From Eledone cirrhosa (taxonomy: Eukaryota), in NCBI GenBank assembly GCA_964016885.1, contig OZ024743.1, positions 81,778,001 through 81,842,000 on the forward strand: DNA of 64,000 nucleotides, given 5' to 3'. How positions within the stretch are numbered: the first letter of the stretch is position 1; each line of letters starts with the position of its first letter. The position numbers and the translations under genes are program-made. A model generated the notes under the pieces. That model was not told the DNA's origin and did not search any database. It was given only the letters and a program-made list of their open reading frames with translations. Of this stretch, positions 51,601 through 64,000 are shown one piece after another.

Positions 51601-51822
51601 AGACACATTATTTCACGTTGTCTCTTTAACACACCTTATTTCACGTTATGACTTTAAGACACCTTATTTCACGTTATGTCTTTAAGACACCTTATTTCAC
51701 GTTCTGTCTTTTAGTCACACTATTTCACGTTATGTCTTTAAACACCTTATTTCACATTGTCTCTTTAAGACACCTTATTTCACGTTATGTCTTTAAGACA
51801 CCTTATTTCACGTTATGTCTTT
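42571..51822 (+). repeat. 28-bp satellite array (about 9.2 kb, roughly 300 units) with higher-order duplications and four embedded SINE A patches
   Basis: Unit GTTATGTCTTTAA(G/C)ACACCTTATTTCAC; 587-bp and 2649-bp periods; patches at about 45087-45247, 45771-45922, 47736-47896 and 48420-48571. Confidence 0.97.
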
Positions 51823-51824
51823 AT

Positions 51825-52203
51825 GTGCAATATTTAGGGGATGTAGTGCAATATTTAGGGGCTGTACTGCAATATTTAGGGGATGTTCTGCAATATTTAG
51901 GGGCTGTACTGCAATATTTAGGGACTGTACTGCAATATTTATGGATGTAGTCCAATATTTAAGGGCTGTAGTGCAATATTTAAGGGATGTAGTGCAATAC
52001 TTAAGGGATGTAGTGCAATATTTAAGGGCTGTAGTGCAATATTTAGGGGCTGTACTGCACTATTTAGGGGATGTGCTGCATTATTTAGGGGCTGTACTGC
52101 AATATTTAGAGACTACTGCAATATTTAAGTGATGTAGTCCAATATTTAAGGGGTGTAGTCCAATATTTAGGGATGTAGTGCTATATTTAGGGATGTAGTG
52201 CAA
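51825..52203 (+). repeat. 21-bp minisatellite, about 18 copies
   Basis: Unit TGCAATATTTAGGGG(A/C)TGTA(G/C), abutting the 28-mer array. Confidence 0.92.
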
Positions 52204-53159
52204 GAGATATCAATGATTACATTACAGAGAGAGCAGGCAGAACTACTACAAAACATCTAGTCCACCACCCTAGACTGGTACTTTATTTATCGACCCCGAA
52301 AGAAGGAGGAGCAAGTTAAGCTTGGTGGGATTTGAGCTTAGATTACTGAGAGAGGGAATAAACGCCGGAGTATTTGACCCCACGGAGTATTGACCCCACG
52401 ATCTAACGAAAATTCAAACCTCTTTCTTGTTATAGGATACCTGTTCCATTAGTTCCATCAATATGAAAATAACCTGCAAGTGACTGAGCATTCCATATAT
52501 CCTGAACCTCTCAGGGAGATTCAGCTTGACACTGTTGGACAAGAGTAACGTGTTGTATTACTTGCACAGTCAATCTGACGATATTATAAACACTGGGACA
52601 AGAGTGACGTATTGTATTACTGGTACAGTCAATCTGACGGTGTAACAAACAGTTTCCGTCAAACCAATTTCACTTTCAGGGTATAAGAGGACCTGAGGCT
52701 ACGCTAAAGGAGACTTACCCAAGATGCCAGGATGTGGTATCGAGCCCATGACTTAATAGCTATCTGGCTATGCTGTATCAAATAAATTGAATCCTTCGTC
52801 CATGACCGATGATGGTTTTTTTTAAGTGTTCCACTCCAGTACACAAGCCTAGACAAGGTAGTAGCTTGTATAGACTTTTACCTTTCCTACGGACAACAAC
52901 TGAAGCGTTAAGAGAGAGACTGTCATATATGGCCGATTGCTTGTTTTCCATAAATACGAGGTACACTCAAGAAGTTTTGAAACTTTTTTTTCTTTTCTGG
53001 TATTTTTATTGATTTATGTAACTGTCACTCTAATATTGGGGAAACAATCTCGTATTTATGGAAGACAAGCAATGGCCCTCACATGTTAGTCTCCATTCAC
53101 ACTTCCGATGTTGTCCACGGGAAAGGCAAAAGTCGATACAGGCTGGTCCCAGTGGAGAT

Positions 53160-53400
53160 ACGTGACTTAGTGTATTCGAGTCACGATCGTATGGTAGGGA
53201 GTTCGATTCTCAAACCGGGCATCGTTTTGTAACTTTGAGCAAGACACTCTATTTCACGTTACTCCAGTTTACTCAGCTGTCAATAATGAGATGAACCTTA
53301 TAATTCAAAAACTACGTTATGGGTGCACATGTCTGTGTAATGCTAAGGCACTTACGTTAATTTCACGAATACGTAGGTCCATTGATTTACTGAATTATGT
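53160..53400 (+). mobile_element. SINE family B copy
   Basis: GAGTTCGATTCTC..TTTGAGCAAGACACTCTATTTCACGTTACTCCAGTTTACTCAGCTG. Confidence 0.7.
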
Positions 53401-53835
53401 CCCAGCTGAGTGTACTGGGGCAATAAGAAATAGATTATCTTGCTCAAGGATACAACACAACACCAGGTCCAGGAATCAAACTCACAAACTTATTATCATG
53501 ATCCCATCTTCTAAAACCTTCCTGCATCACCATAACACTATCATTTTATCAATTCCATATAAACGCCATTTTCTCATCATACAGCAAGCTATCTGGTCTC
53601 TCCAAAAATACCACATCACATTAGAATCTGCTATTCTCAGAATTACTATCATAAAAGCCTGCAGGCATTTGGCCTTCATCACCAACTCCCCTGTTACGTA
53701 GAAACAAAAATGTCTTCCTCAGCATCGCTATTCCTTACCACCATTATCAAATAGCATCTTCATTTAGAATTTGATTGCAGACGACAAAAATAAACTCCCT
53801 GGACATTGCGGAATTCTGAAGATCTCTCTCTCTCA

Positions 53836-53918
<83 letters not shown>

Positions 53919-54018
53919 CATGTATATATATATTCATAAATACATGTATATGTAGAATGTATATATACACATACATACATACATACACACACATACGCAC
54001 ACATATATACATAGATAC

Positions 54019-54051
<33 letters not shown>

Positions 54052-54085
54052 CATATATATACCTATATATACACTTCTTTATATG

Positions 54086-54136
<51 letters not shown>

Positions 54137-55289
54137 CTACTTCGTTTCTGTTCCATAGCTCAGTCTTAATATCTAAATCTCATCTGCATATCTTTAAACA
54201 CGTCTGAATCTTATTTGCATATTTCTGAATGCATCTGCATCTTGTTTGCATAATTCAGTGTCCGACTAGTTTCTATATTATATAGAAGAAGAGTTATCAG
54301 TTATTAGCTTCCATCGTCTTCAGCATATAACATTGCTGAGGTATTAGTCCCTCTCCGGTAGATGGCGTGACACTCCCAATATCCGGCAAAGATTAAAGGT
54401 CAAACTACTATTTATCATGACGAGGTTCAATATAAGAAAATGAAGACAGTGGAACACCTACCATTCAAAATATGATTTTAAAGAGCTGGAAAAAAAAAGA
54501 GGAATTGCTATAAGACTTGTGCCAAGCTTTCTATAATATATAGCGAGTATATGAATAGTTGACAACACTTGTGCCAAGCTGTATTAGCCTTTGCCTTTCT
54601 CGTGGACAACATAATATACAGCGAGTACCTGAGTTGTGGCAACTCTTAAGCCAAGCTGTATGGGCTTTAGCTTTTCTCGTGGACAACAATATATATAGCG
54701 TGTATATAATTTACTATTTTACTTGTTCCAGCCATCCGGCTGAGGCCATGCTGGAGCACCACCCTGTATATATATATAGTCGATGAATTGGAGTCATGTT
54801 TATCAGTCTTTACCTTTCACAACGGTGACCTGGTGATGAGGGACTGGTACACAAGGACGACTAATGATCTTCCACTGAACAACTTAACAAGGTTTGAGCC
54901 ATAAGGAGTAACTTTCCAGGTGTGAACCCATGATCAGTGAAGATAGAAAGGGACATTTGTTTTATGTAATAGAGGTTATTTGATGTAAGTTTCAGTAATG
55001 TTGTTTGTCAGGAGTTTCATGTGGGGAGTTATGTTTAGTTCAACAAAACATCAGTTCACGTTTTAAACAGCAGAAGTTAAAACAACTGGAATGCAACTTA
55101 TGACGTGCTGTGTCATGTGCCGCCGGTTTGAAGGTGGTATCAATCCTGACGGGTGTAGGATCAGTTGGTTCGAATTTGCGGACGTCAGAAGATAACCTTT
55201 GACATGCACTTAGTAGGTTTGTTGTCGAGTGATGGACGGTAGGGACGTAAATCAGTTCTCCGGGGACTGTGATACTAGCCCCCTCAAAC

Positions 55290-55625
55290 CTGCGCAGTGC
55301 ACTCTACATGTGAGTGGAATTCCACTGAAACAAGTGGAGAAGCTCAAGTATCTTAGGGCCGTGTTCATAGGGGTAAATTAATTGTGCAAGAATTGCAGGA
55401 GCTGGTGGTGCAGTAATGTGTCAGCTTCAGCGTTCGGTAATGAGAAGAAGGGAGGTAGGTGTAAAAGTCAAACGCTATCTTCAATTCGGTATTCATGCCA
55501 ACACTTCCATATGGTGATGAATGTTGAATAATGACTGAATACAAGCGACCGAAATGGGTTTCTTTCGAAGGGTCTTTGGAGTAACGTTACTCGATAGTGT
55601 GCGTAGCTCGGAGATCAGAGATTCT
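55290..55625 (+). mobile_element. RTE (Rex3/Expander-like) fragment, same family as 750-1215
   Basis: CTLHVSGIPLKQVEKLKYL...; shares TCTTCAATTCGGTATTC and CGAAGGGTCTTTGGAGT..CGTTACTCGATAG..GCTCGGAGATCAGAG with 767-925. Confidence 0.78.
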
Positions 55626-55680
55626 TGTCTGATGATCCTGCGACTGGATAGGTGATACTTCAAAGTAACAACACACAAAT

Positions 55681-55756
<76 letters not shown>

Positions 55757-55858
55757 GTATATATATATATATAGAAATAATAAATGCGAAGACTAAAATC
55801 CAAAGAAGATCCGTTATGGGTGAAAGCAGCGATTCTTTGCTTAAACTTCAATCTGTTA

Positions 55859-55980
<122 letters not shown>

Positions 55981-56114
55981 GTATATGTTGGTTGTATATA
56001 TGATTCCAGTTCCTCAGTGAAATAACAACCCAACCAGGGACTGGGCATATCAGAATATTGACAAAATTATACACCTCAACAACATATGTACTTGTCTATA
56101 CCACACTAATTCGG

Positions 56115-56169
56115 ACTGCCTGAAGAGGTCACAGCCAAAGATGGCTGTCACCGAAATATATATAGCAGT
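56115..56169 (+). ncRNA. Type I hammerhead ribozyme with canonical core
   Basis: ACTGC-CTGAAGA-GGT c ACAGCCA aaga TGGCTGT c ACC-GAAA-TATATA-TA-GCAGT, immediately followed by AATAAA; in an (AT)n-flanked island. Confidence 0.85.
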
Positions 56170-56256
56170 AATAAACGAAGTTAAATTTTAAACATTTGAC
56201 TTTTTATTTTACATTATTTTATATATATATTTACTTTGGCATTTCCGTTCACTTTT

Positions 56257-56303
<47 letters not shown>

Positions 56304-56707
56304 GCGAAAAGTGAACGGAACAGTCCAATAAACCCATATACCACCCCCTCTCTCACCATCCCTCTATCTATCACCACCCGCTCTCACCATCTCTCTATCT
56401 ATCACCTCCCTCTCTCTCTCACCATCCCTCTATCTATCACACCCTCTCTCATTATCCCTTTATCTCTCACCCTCTCTCACCATCCTCTATCTCTCACCCC
56501 TCTCTCAATCATAACCCCTAAACCACCACCCCCACTCTCTCTCAATATCCCTCTATCTCTCACCTTCTCTCACTATCCCTCTATCTCTCACTATCCCTCT
56601 CTTCCAAAGTCTAACACCAACAACTTAAAGGAGTCAAATTTCTGGACTCTGTTTACGTTTGTGACTGTTTCACCAAGGTGGACAGAGCTTTTAGTCATCT
56701 CAGTTGA

Positions 56708-56792
<85 letters not shown>

Positions 56793-56814
56793 ACTGAGAT
56801 GACTAAAAGCTATG

Positions 56815-56853
<39 letters not shown>

Positions 56854-56935
56854 GTTTAGATAGATAGATAGATATATGTGTGTATGTGTGTGCGTGTAAA
56901 TGTGTGTATATATATGTATACATGTATGTATATAT

Positions 56936-56973
<38 letters not shown>

Positions 56974-57074
56974 TGTCAACATACTTGAGTACCTATGAGC
57001 ATAAGAATGTGTGTATACAGGTGTGCTGTTGAACACGTTTTATATACTTACATATAAGTACACACACACGTATA

Positions 57075-57165
<91 letters not shown>

Positions 57166-57759
57166 GTGATGTCTCCAGATCTACAGATTGTTAGATGACA
57201 GAGGCGTCGAAACTGAAGAAGCAAAAAGCTTTTATTTATCACTGAATGATTATGAAACAGTAAAAGTGACTTTCTGACTGTATAAGCGGCGGCGGGGGTA
57301 GTTGTATGGAATGGAGGCGGTGCGGGTGGAGGGGCTAGCCCGTGGATCGAAACCACACCACATCAAAGAGCTGAGATAAAATCAAGATGTTTGCTTATTT
57401 TGAAAATCCAAATCGAATTGAGTCCCATCCTATTTTATACTGACAACAGACTGATGACATTAAGCAGAAGTAAGTAATTTTAAGCTTACATCGTAAAAGT
57501 AAGATAGCAGAGAACAGAGTGGACTAGGCGGCTTTTTGGCTTTTATTGAACAAGAATAGTGTTAGGCAAGTAAAAAGACTGGGTCTGGGTCAAACTCTGT
57601 TGTCAGCTACAATAGAAATATCCACATCAAGTTTTATATAAAGCCATTTGTGTTCAAAATGGAAAGTCTGAACGACTTGCTGCTTACACAGGATTGGTCA
57701 ACTGTAAGATGAAAACACCACAAACTTTCTATATTGTTTACATATGTATATATGTACAT

Positions 57760-57814
<55 letters not shown>

Positions 57815-57867
57815 ATCACTTATATGCATACATACATTTTACTGGCTTTAACCTCCGGACTGCTATT

Positions 57868-57975
<108 letters not shown>

Positions 57976-58125
57976 ATACTTTGGGAGAGTCATGTTGCCA
58001 ATAAGAAACACACGCACCAGTGTTTTCAGTCCAATTTATTATAAATTAAATTATAAATTTTAAAAAATATTTATAAATTTCCGGTTGGTTGGTTGGTTCT
58101 ACAACCCGACGGTTGTTCATATATT

Positions 58126-58168
58126 GTCAAACTTATTTCGTCACACATTCTGTGACCTCATCAGTGAC
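58126..58168 (-). ncRNA. Type I hammerhead, slightly degenerate
   Basis: Minus strand: GTCA-CTGATGA-g GTCACA gaatg TGTGAC-GAAA-TAAG-TT-TGAC. Confidence 0.62.
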
Positions 58169-58550
58169 CGGAGATTCTTTTCTTTGTCTTGTGCCTCTCC
58201 TTTGTTCTGTCCTACGCCATCTTGTTTTTGTGTGTGTTGTGTGCTTAGTTTGCGCATGTGTTACATATGTTAATAATAAGTATGGACGAGGTGTCAAATG
58301 TGCATTATGCTTATTCAGGTGTGATGCGCGTTTCGTGATTTATCAGCTCATGGTTCGATCTCTATTCATCGGGCCCCACTATGGAATAAAAAAAACTCAG
58401 CAGCTTTCTGTTTACTTAACGGGTCATTTGTATATATATATATGGGGGGGGGGGGGTACTGATGCAGGATTTGAACTCTGAGGATAGAAAGACGTAACGA
58501 AAACCACGTTGTATTCTATCAAAAGTTCTTACGACTTTGCCAACTCATTG

Positions 58551-58646
<96 letters not shown>

Positions 58647-59187
58647 TCTTACACATACACACACACTTACGTACATATTCTATATGACATCCGGGTAACG
58701 TTGACCTTTCTATGTGAAACTCAATCAAGCCACCATTTGATAATTAAAAGCCTATACAAGCGCCATCTTTGACGATTGAAATTCCTTAATTTCCATCAAT
58801 TCACCAATTCCGACAGTTCCAGAGAACATCTATTTCTATAGAGTAGTCCAATTAAAGCAGTTCATTTCTCCTTCTCTGTATCGATTCTTTATCGATCTGT
58901 CACTAATATAGTTTTTTTCTCTATGTATTGTATTTTTTGTTCGTTTATTTTGTTTTTGCACTTACTGTTTTATGTTTTGTTGTTATTTTTTGTTTTTTAG
59001 TTACTGTTTTACCCTTTTTTTTGTTTTGTTTTTTTTTAGTTACTGTTTTTGGTAACGTTTGTTGTTGTTGTTATTCTGAAAAACTTAAGGTAAGCTCCGG
59101 GCGAAACGATTTCCAGGAACACATTTTTCGAAATTTCCACTGTTGAAGATGATTTCAGTTTCTTCAGGCCGTTCATAGCCGATTCAA

Positions 59188-59249
<62 letters not shown>

Positions 59250-59251
<2 letters not shown>

Positions 59252-60060
59252 TTTTGTTATTGTAGCCGATTTCTTTGAAAGGGAGAGAGAAAATAGTTGT
59301 AGTTGTTTTTGATAAAACTGGTAGCAGTTGTTGTTTTAGCCATAACTGCGGCTAAAACGTTGGGGTGGAGGAGATACGAAACAGTTAGGGTAGGGGGTAT
59401 ATGAAATAAAGAGCAACCAACAACAACAGATACAATAACAAGATGTCCCCAGTGGAAGGCTGACAGCACAACTAAGACCCAAATCAAGGAACCCTATAGT
59501 TCTACGATTACCGAGATTACCAGGTGTAAATCTTCCTATACCTATCAGTAATTCTCGGCCCCTAGTTTCATGCTGAGCGTAGCCCCATCTACAGGGGCCA
59601 TACTCGCTTCTCTCACCCACATCTCAGTAACTGCACTGACGTACAGTTCTTTGTCTTTCTCTCTAAAGGAATATCGAACAAGGTTTAATTGAAGAGGAAA
59701 GAGTCTGTCCTGAGTCCTTTTCGATGTATCAACGACACAATTTCTTTCATCACAACCCCTGTATCGAGAAAACCTATCCTCCATACTTTACCTTTCCTAG
59801 CGAAAACAAGTCAAAGTTGGGATCGTCACAAATGATGCAGACAATAGCTGGATCAATCCTACACGTAATAACAAAAAAGATAAGTGAAGGATCTGATCGA
59901 CAAATCGGCAAAAGTAATATTTCTTCCACTGTTTTTTCCTTCGCTCATATTATCTGCTGGTTGCAATGTCTGGTAGAATGGAGAGGGATTCGATCACAGA
60001 AAGCTCAGAATTGCATCAAGTTCGCAGAGCTTCCCGTTCGACAATTCCATCTTGAAGTGG
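59250..60060 (-). mobile_element. Old Tx1 3' fragment ending in a (CTA)n tract
   Basis: MKEIVSLIHRKGLRTDSFL and MWVREASMAPVDGATLSMKL align with MKEVVWWTRLKGLRSGDFL and RWVKEARMARVNGPSLYIVL of the intact ORF2; upstream boundary uncertain. Confidence 0.65.
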
Positions 60061-60691
60061 ATCATTTTTTCATTTATTGACCTCGAAATGATAAAAGACA
60101 AAGTTGAACCCCGCAGGATTTGAACTGAAAATACAGAGACCAATTTCTATCCGTGTGTGTGTGTCTGTCGGTGTGTGTGTGCATGTGTGTCTGTCTGTGT
60201 GTGTGACTGTTTCTGTATGCGTGTCTGTTAACGCTACAGCTCGCACCTATAGAGGTCTAGCTGGTCTCATACATGGTCACATCTCATGGGATTCTATGAT
60301 GTTTTTATGATGGAGTGGGAGCCAGTCTTGTCATAAAAATCAACATAGAGTGAAGTGTCCTGTTTAAAACCACGAATAACCCCGTCTAGGAATCGATTCG
60401 ATGCCCTTATATTCATGAGACCCTCTAAACACTACTGCCTAGTGGTAGACATGTAATATAGAGAGCTCCCTCCATAACCCCATACAGCTTTCAGGGATGC
60501 AATCAACAGACAATACCAACAATTTCTTTAGCAATGTTTGGCGCAATACCAACGTAATAAGTATATATGTGTATATATATGTATGTATGCGTGTGTGTGT
60601 ATATGTGTGTGTATGTGTGTGTGTGCATGTGTGTGTATATATATATGTGTGTGTGTGTGCGTGTGTAAACTCCAGGTGCAATGTATTTATG

Positions 60692-60928
60692 ACCACCACC
60701 ACTACTATCACCACCACTACCACCTCCACCACCACCACCATTAGCACCACCACCACAACCACCACCACTACCACAACCACCAGCACCACCACTACCACCA
60801 CCACAACCACCACTACCACCACTACCACCACCACCACCACCACCACCACCACCAACACCACCAACACCACCACCACCACCACCACCACCACCACCACCAC
60901 CACCACCACTACCACCACCACCACCACA
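60692..60928. repeat. (CAC)n trinucleotide tract
   Basis: Directly visible; source of the poly-T, poly-V and poly-G ORFs. Confidence 0.95.
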
Positions 60929-61146
60929 CAGATCTACACCACACACCATAATCTTCCTCACAGTCAATGACGGCCATTTTAAACAGAGCTGTTCTCTACC
61001 AATTTCTTAAAATGCTTCTCTTCTTAAATCACTCTTCATTTAATTTAACGACACAGACACGCTTTCTCTCCCTCTCTTCCTCTCTCTCTCTCTCATCGTT
61101 ATATATATTCTTATATAACGTGTGTGTGTATATATATATATATAAC

Positions 61147-61208
<62 letters not shown>

Positions 61209-61616
61209 TTGTATGAGCGTGTATGTATATTTGTATTGCTACATACACACTGCACTCCTCTCCCCCTCCCCTCATTACTTGACCACTTCCATCCCCAATA
61301 TAACTATATCACCTTCAACGTCCATTGTATTCTCCTCACCACCCTCAACCCCATGTCCATCTAACACAGTATGTCTCTCACCATTAAACCACCATTATTA
61401 CCCGTCATGCAACTGCATTCTACATTGTTGGCCTTTCAATAGTAGTAGTAGTAGCAGTAGTAGTAGTCGCAGTAGTAGTAGTAGTACTTTATAAATTTGT
61501 TTATGCATATATTTATATATTTTCACTTTTTTCTTTTACTGGTTCCAGTCATTAGATTGCGGTCATGCTGGGGCAACATATATACATATAATGTCTGTGT
61601 GTGTGTATGTGGATGT

Positions 61617-61730
<114 letters not shown>

Positions 61731-61734
61731 GTAT

Positions 61735-61810
<76 letters not shown>

Positions 61811-61820
61811 GTATATATAC

Positions 61821-61890
<70 letters not shown>

Positions 61891-62066
61891 GGATGTATTG
61901 TGGAAACATTGCCAGAATCGATCTGTTTTTAACAATGACTGCAGTCACCTGCCAACACGGAAAGCCAATTTGGAGGTGAGAGGTCAAACAGGCTACTGTG
62001 GAGCCAATTTCGGCACTGCACACTCCATTAAAGGTAACCACAACTATTCTAGTGGTGGTAGTGGCT

Positions 62067-62162
<96 letters not shown>

Positions 62163-63061
62163 CAGTGGTATTGTGAAACAGATTCTGGTTCCAGTTTGTA
62201 AAACACTGAAAGCAGTGTACCACCTTTCAATTGTAAACCAACTCACACTCTATTTCCAATAGTAATTGGACTCAGGCCACGCTGGAGCTTCACTGTTCAT
62301 TAGATTGTCGCCATGTTGGGACCTCATCAGTCAATGTATTGTGGCCACGCTGCAGCACTACTCATCAATGGACTATTGCCAGGTTGGTATACCAGCAGTC
62401 ACTGAAGGGGCCGGGGTTTAAGAGAATCTTAAGCGAGAAGAAATATAATGGATCCTAAAACTTAAGCTCATCATCAGGTCTTACGACGTAGTCACCTCCA
62501 TCCAATTGACCCAACTAGAAATGCAAGTACTTGGGCATATCCTCGGTGTAGTAACCTCAAGTCGTACAACATAGTCACCTTCATCGAGGGGACACAACTA
62601 CAGGTGTAGGTTCTTGTCAGTTGTGTACCCTGGAGTCACTGGGTGTTTCAGGCCTTACATCTTACACCTTCCTCCAGATGACCCAACAACCGATGTAAAC
62701 TTACACCCATCGTCAATATCGTATCCTGTAGTCTGTGGGTGGTCAGGATCTTCAACAAACAAGCTTCACCAAACCTCAATCTGTGCCCAACTGTGATCCA
62801 TACTACTGACACCATCGGTTAATTCAATTCCGCCATCAGCCTCTATATACCCTCCCAGTTGTACAAGGAGCCATCTAGATATCCTCTGCGTTGGTTCCAG
62901 GTTCTTCACCATTCAATCTCCTCTGGTCACTGTCGTTGTCTAAAGAAGAAAGAAAAAACATTCGGTTGAGTTGAAAGTAAAGAGAAACTGTGTGTACGTA
63001 CGCATAGATATATGATTGATAGATATATCAAAATATCTATATCTATATCTATATCTATATC

Positions 63062-63185
<124 letters not shown>

Positions 63186-63387
63186 TGTGTGTGTGTGTAA
63201 TGAGTAACACAACAATTATTCCGAAACCTTGAGTAATGGAATAATTATATTGTGTTATTTATTACATAATTAAATAGCTCTGTACTATACATGGAGCACT
63301 CTTCTTTCCTTTACCATTTCCACGGAAATACTAAACACTAAACACACACGCACACATATATATGTATGTGTGTGTCTGATGTGTGTG

Positions 63388-64000
63388 TGTTGAAAAGTTC
63401 CTATCTTTGGGTAAAAGAAAATACAGGAGGATCAGTTAAATATGATTTTATTCAACATATTCTCCTCTCAGATTCACACACTTATTGCAGTGGTCCTTCA
63501 GTTTTTCTAAGCCCTGTATAAAGAACGTGGAAGGTTGGTCCTCGAGCCAGGCCTTTGTAGCAGCGTTCTCTTGAGTTGTTTCTTCAGTTGTGGGAAGGTG
63601 ACTAAGGACGGTGGTCTACCAATTCGAAGCGAAAGTCCTGTATTTTCCATAGAGTTTCATGTGTTGTGTATGCTGGTGCATTGTCCTTCAAAAATAACAC
63701 ACCACAGCTCAGCGTCCCACGTCGTTTCTGCTCAAAGCTTCACAGAGACATGTAGTATTCTGTGTTGATGGTGTGACCTTTGGCATGTGTTTTATGAGTG
63801 TATTCCATCTTAGTCCCAGAACACTGAAGCCAGAGTCTTTCCAGCTGACATCTGAATCCTAGACGTGGTGAACTGTTGTGGGACACCCTCATTGTATACT
63901 GTTTAGTCTGGAGATCGTAATGACAAAGCCAAGTTTCATTCATGGTGACTAAATAACCCATAAAACCAGCCTCTCCCGCTCCAAACCGGCCCCAAATCAC
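63388..64000 (-). mobile_element. Mariner-type transposase pseudogene with 3' end, running off the window
   Basis: LVTMNETWLCHYDLQTKQ (VTxDETW), KGHTINTEYY, DNAPA, and C-terminal QGLEKLKDHCNKCVNLRGEYVE*; multiple frameshifts. Confidence 0.85.

Noticed and set aside
42571-51822. CRISPR-like array (28-bp repeats with occasional inserts)
   Set aside because: Units are head-to-tail without unique spacers, the inserts are SINE fragments, there are no cas genes, and the context is eukaryotic.
54255-54330. Minus-strand CTGAAGA...GAAACTAGTC hammerhead-like signature
   Set aside because: No stem I complementarity and no coherent stem II; at most a decayed relic.
59095-59175. Minus-strand CTGAAGA...GAAA...TC motif
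   Set aside because: Only a 3-bp stem I and no closing pair for stem II; compatible with chance.
62330-62940. Moderately GC-rich unique stretch, possibly an old retroelement ORF
   Set aside because: No motif recognisable in any frame; left unannotated.

Overview
AT-rich, microsatellite-dense eukaryotic DNA with no recognisable host gene. The SINE cores and repeat mix suggest a mollusc, probably an octopus-like cephalopod (inference). Mobile elements: one full-length Tx1/L1-clade LINE with both ORFs open, inserted in (GATA)n (25178-30882, -); one decayed full-length Tx1 relative in (ATT)n (9470-14999, +); three shorter Tx1-type pieces; R4/Dong, RTE and Penelope GIY-YIG fragments; a non-autonomous Helitron; a mariner remnant; many tRNA-derived SINEs. 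Large minisatellites have 44, 10, 30, 28 and 21 bp units, and at least three visibly grew out of the retroelement they sit in. The main signal missed by the ORF track is a set of type I hammerhead ribozyme motifs, mostly in (AT)n-flanked tandem or palindromic modules. These include a 450-bp tandem retrozyme/pLTR-like module at 16.2-17.2 kb and a recurring non-canonical U.U pair at the base of stem II. Most listed ORFs are microsatellite artefacts. All alignments and folds were done by eye, so boundaries are approximate.
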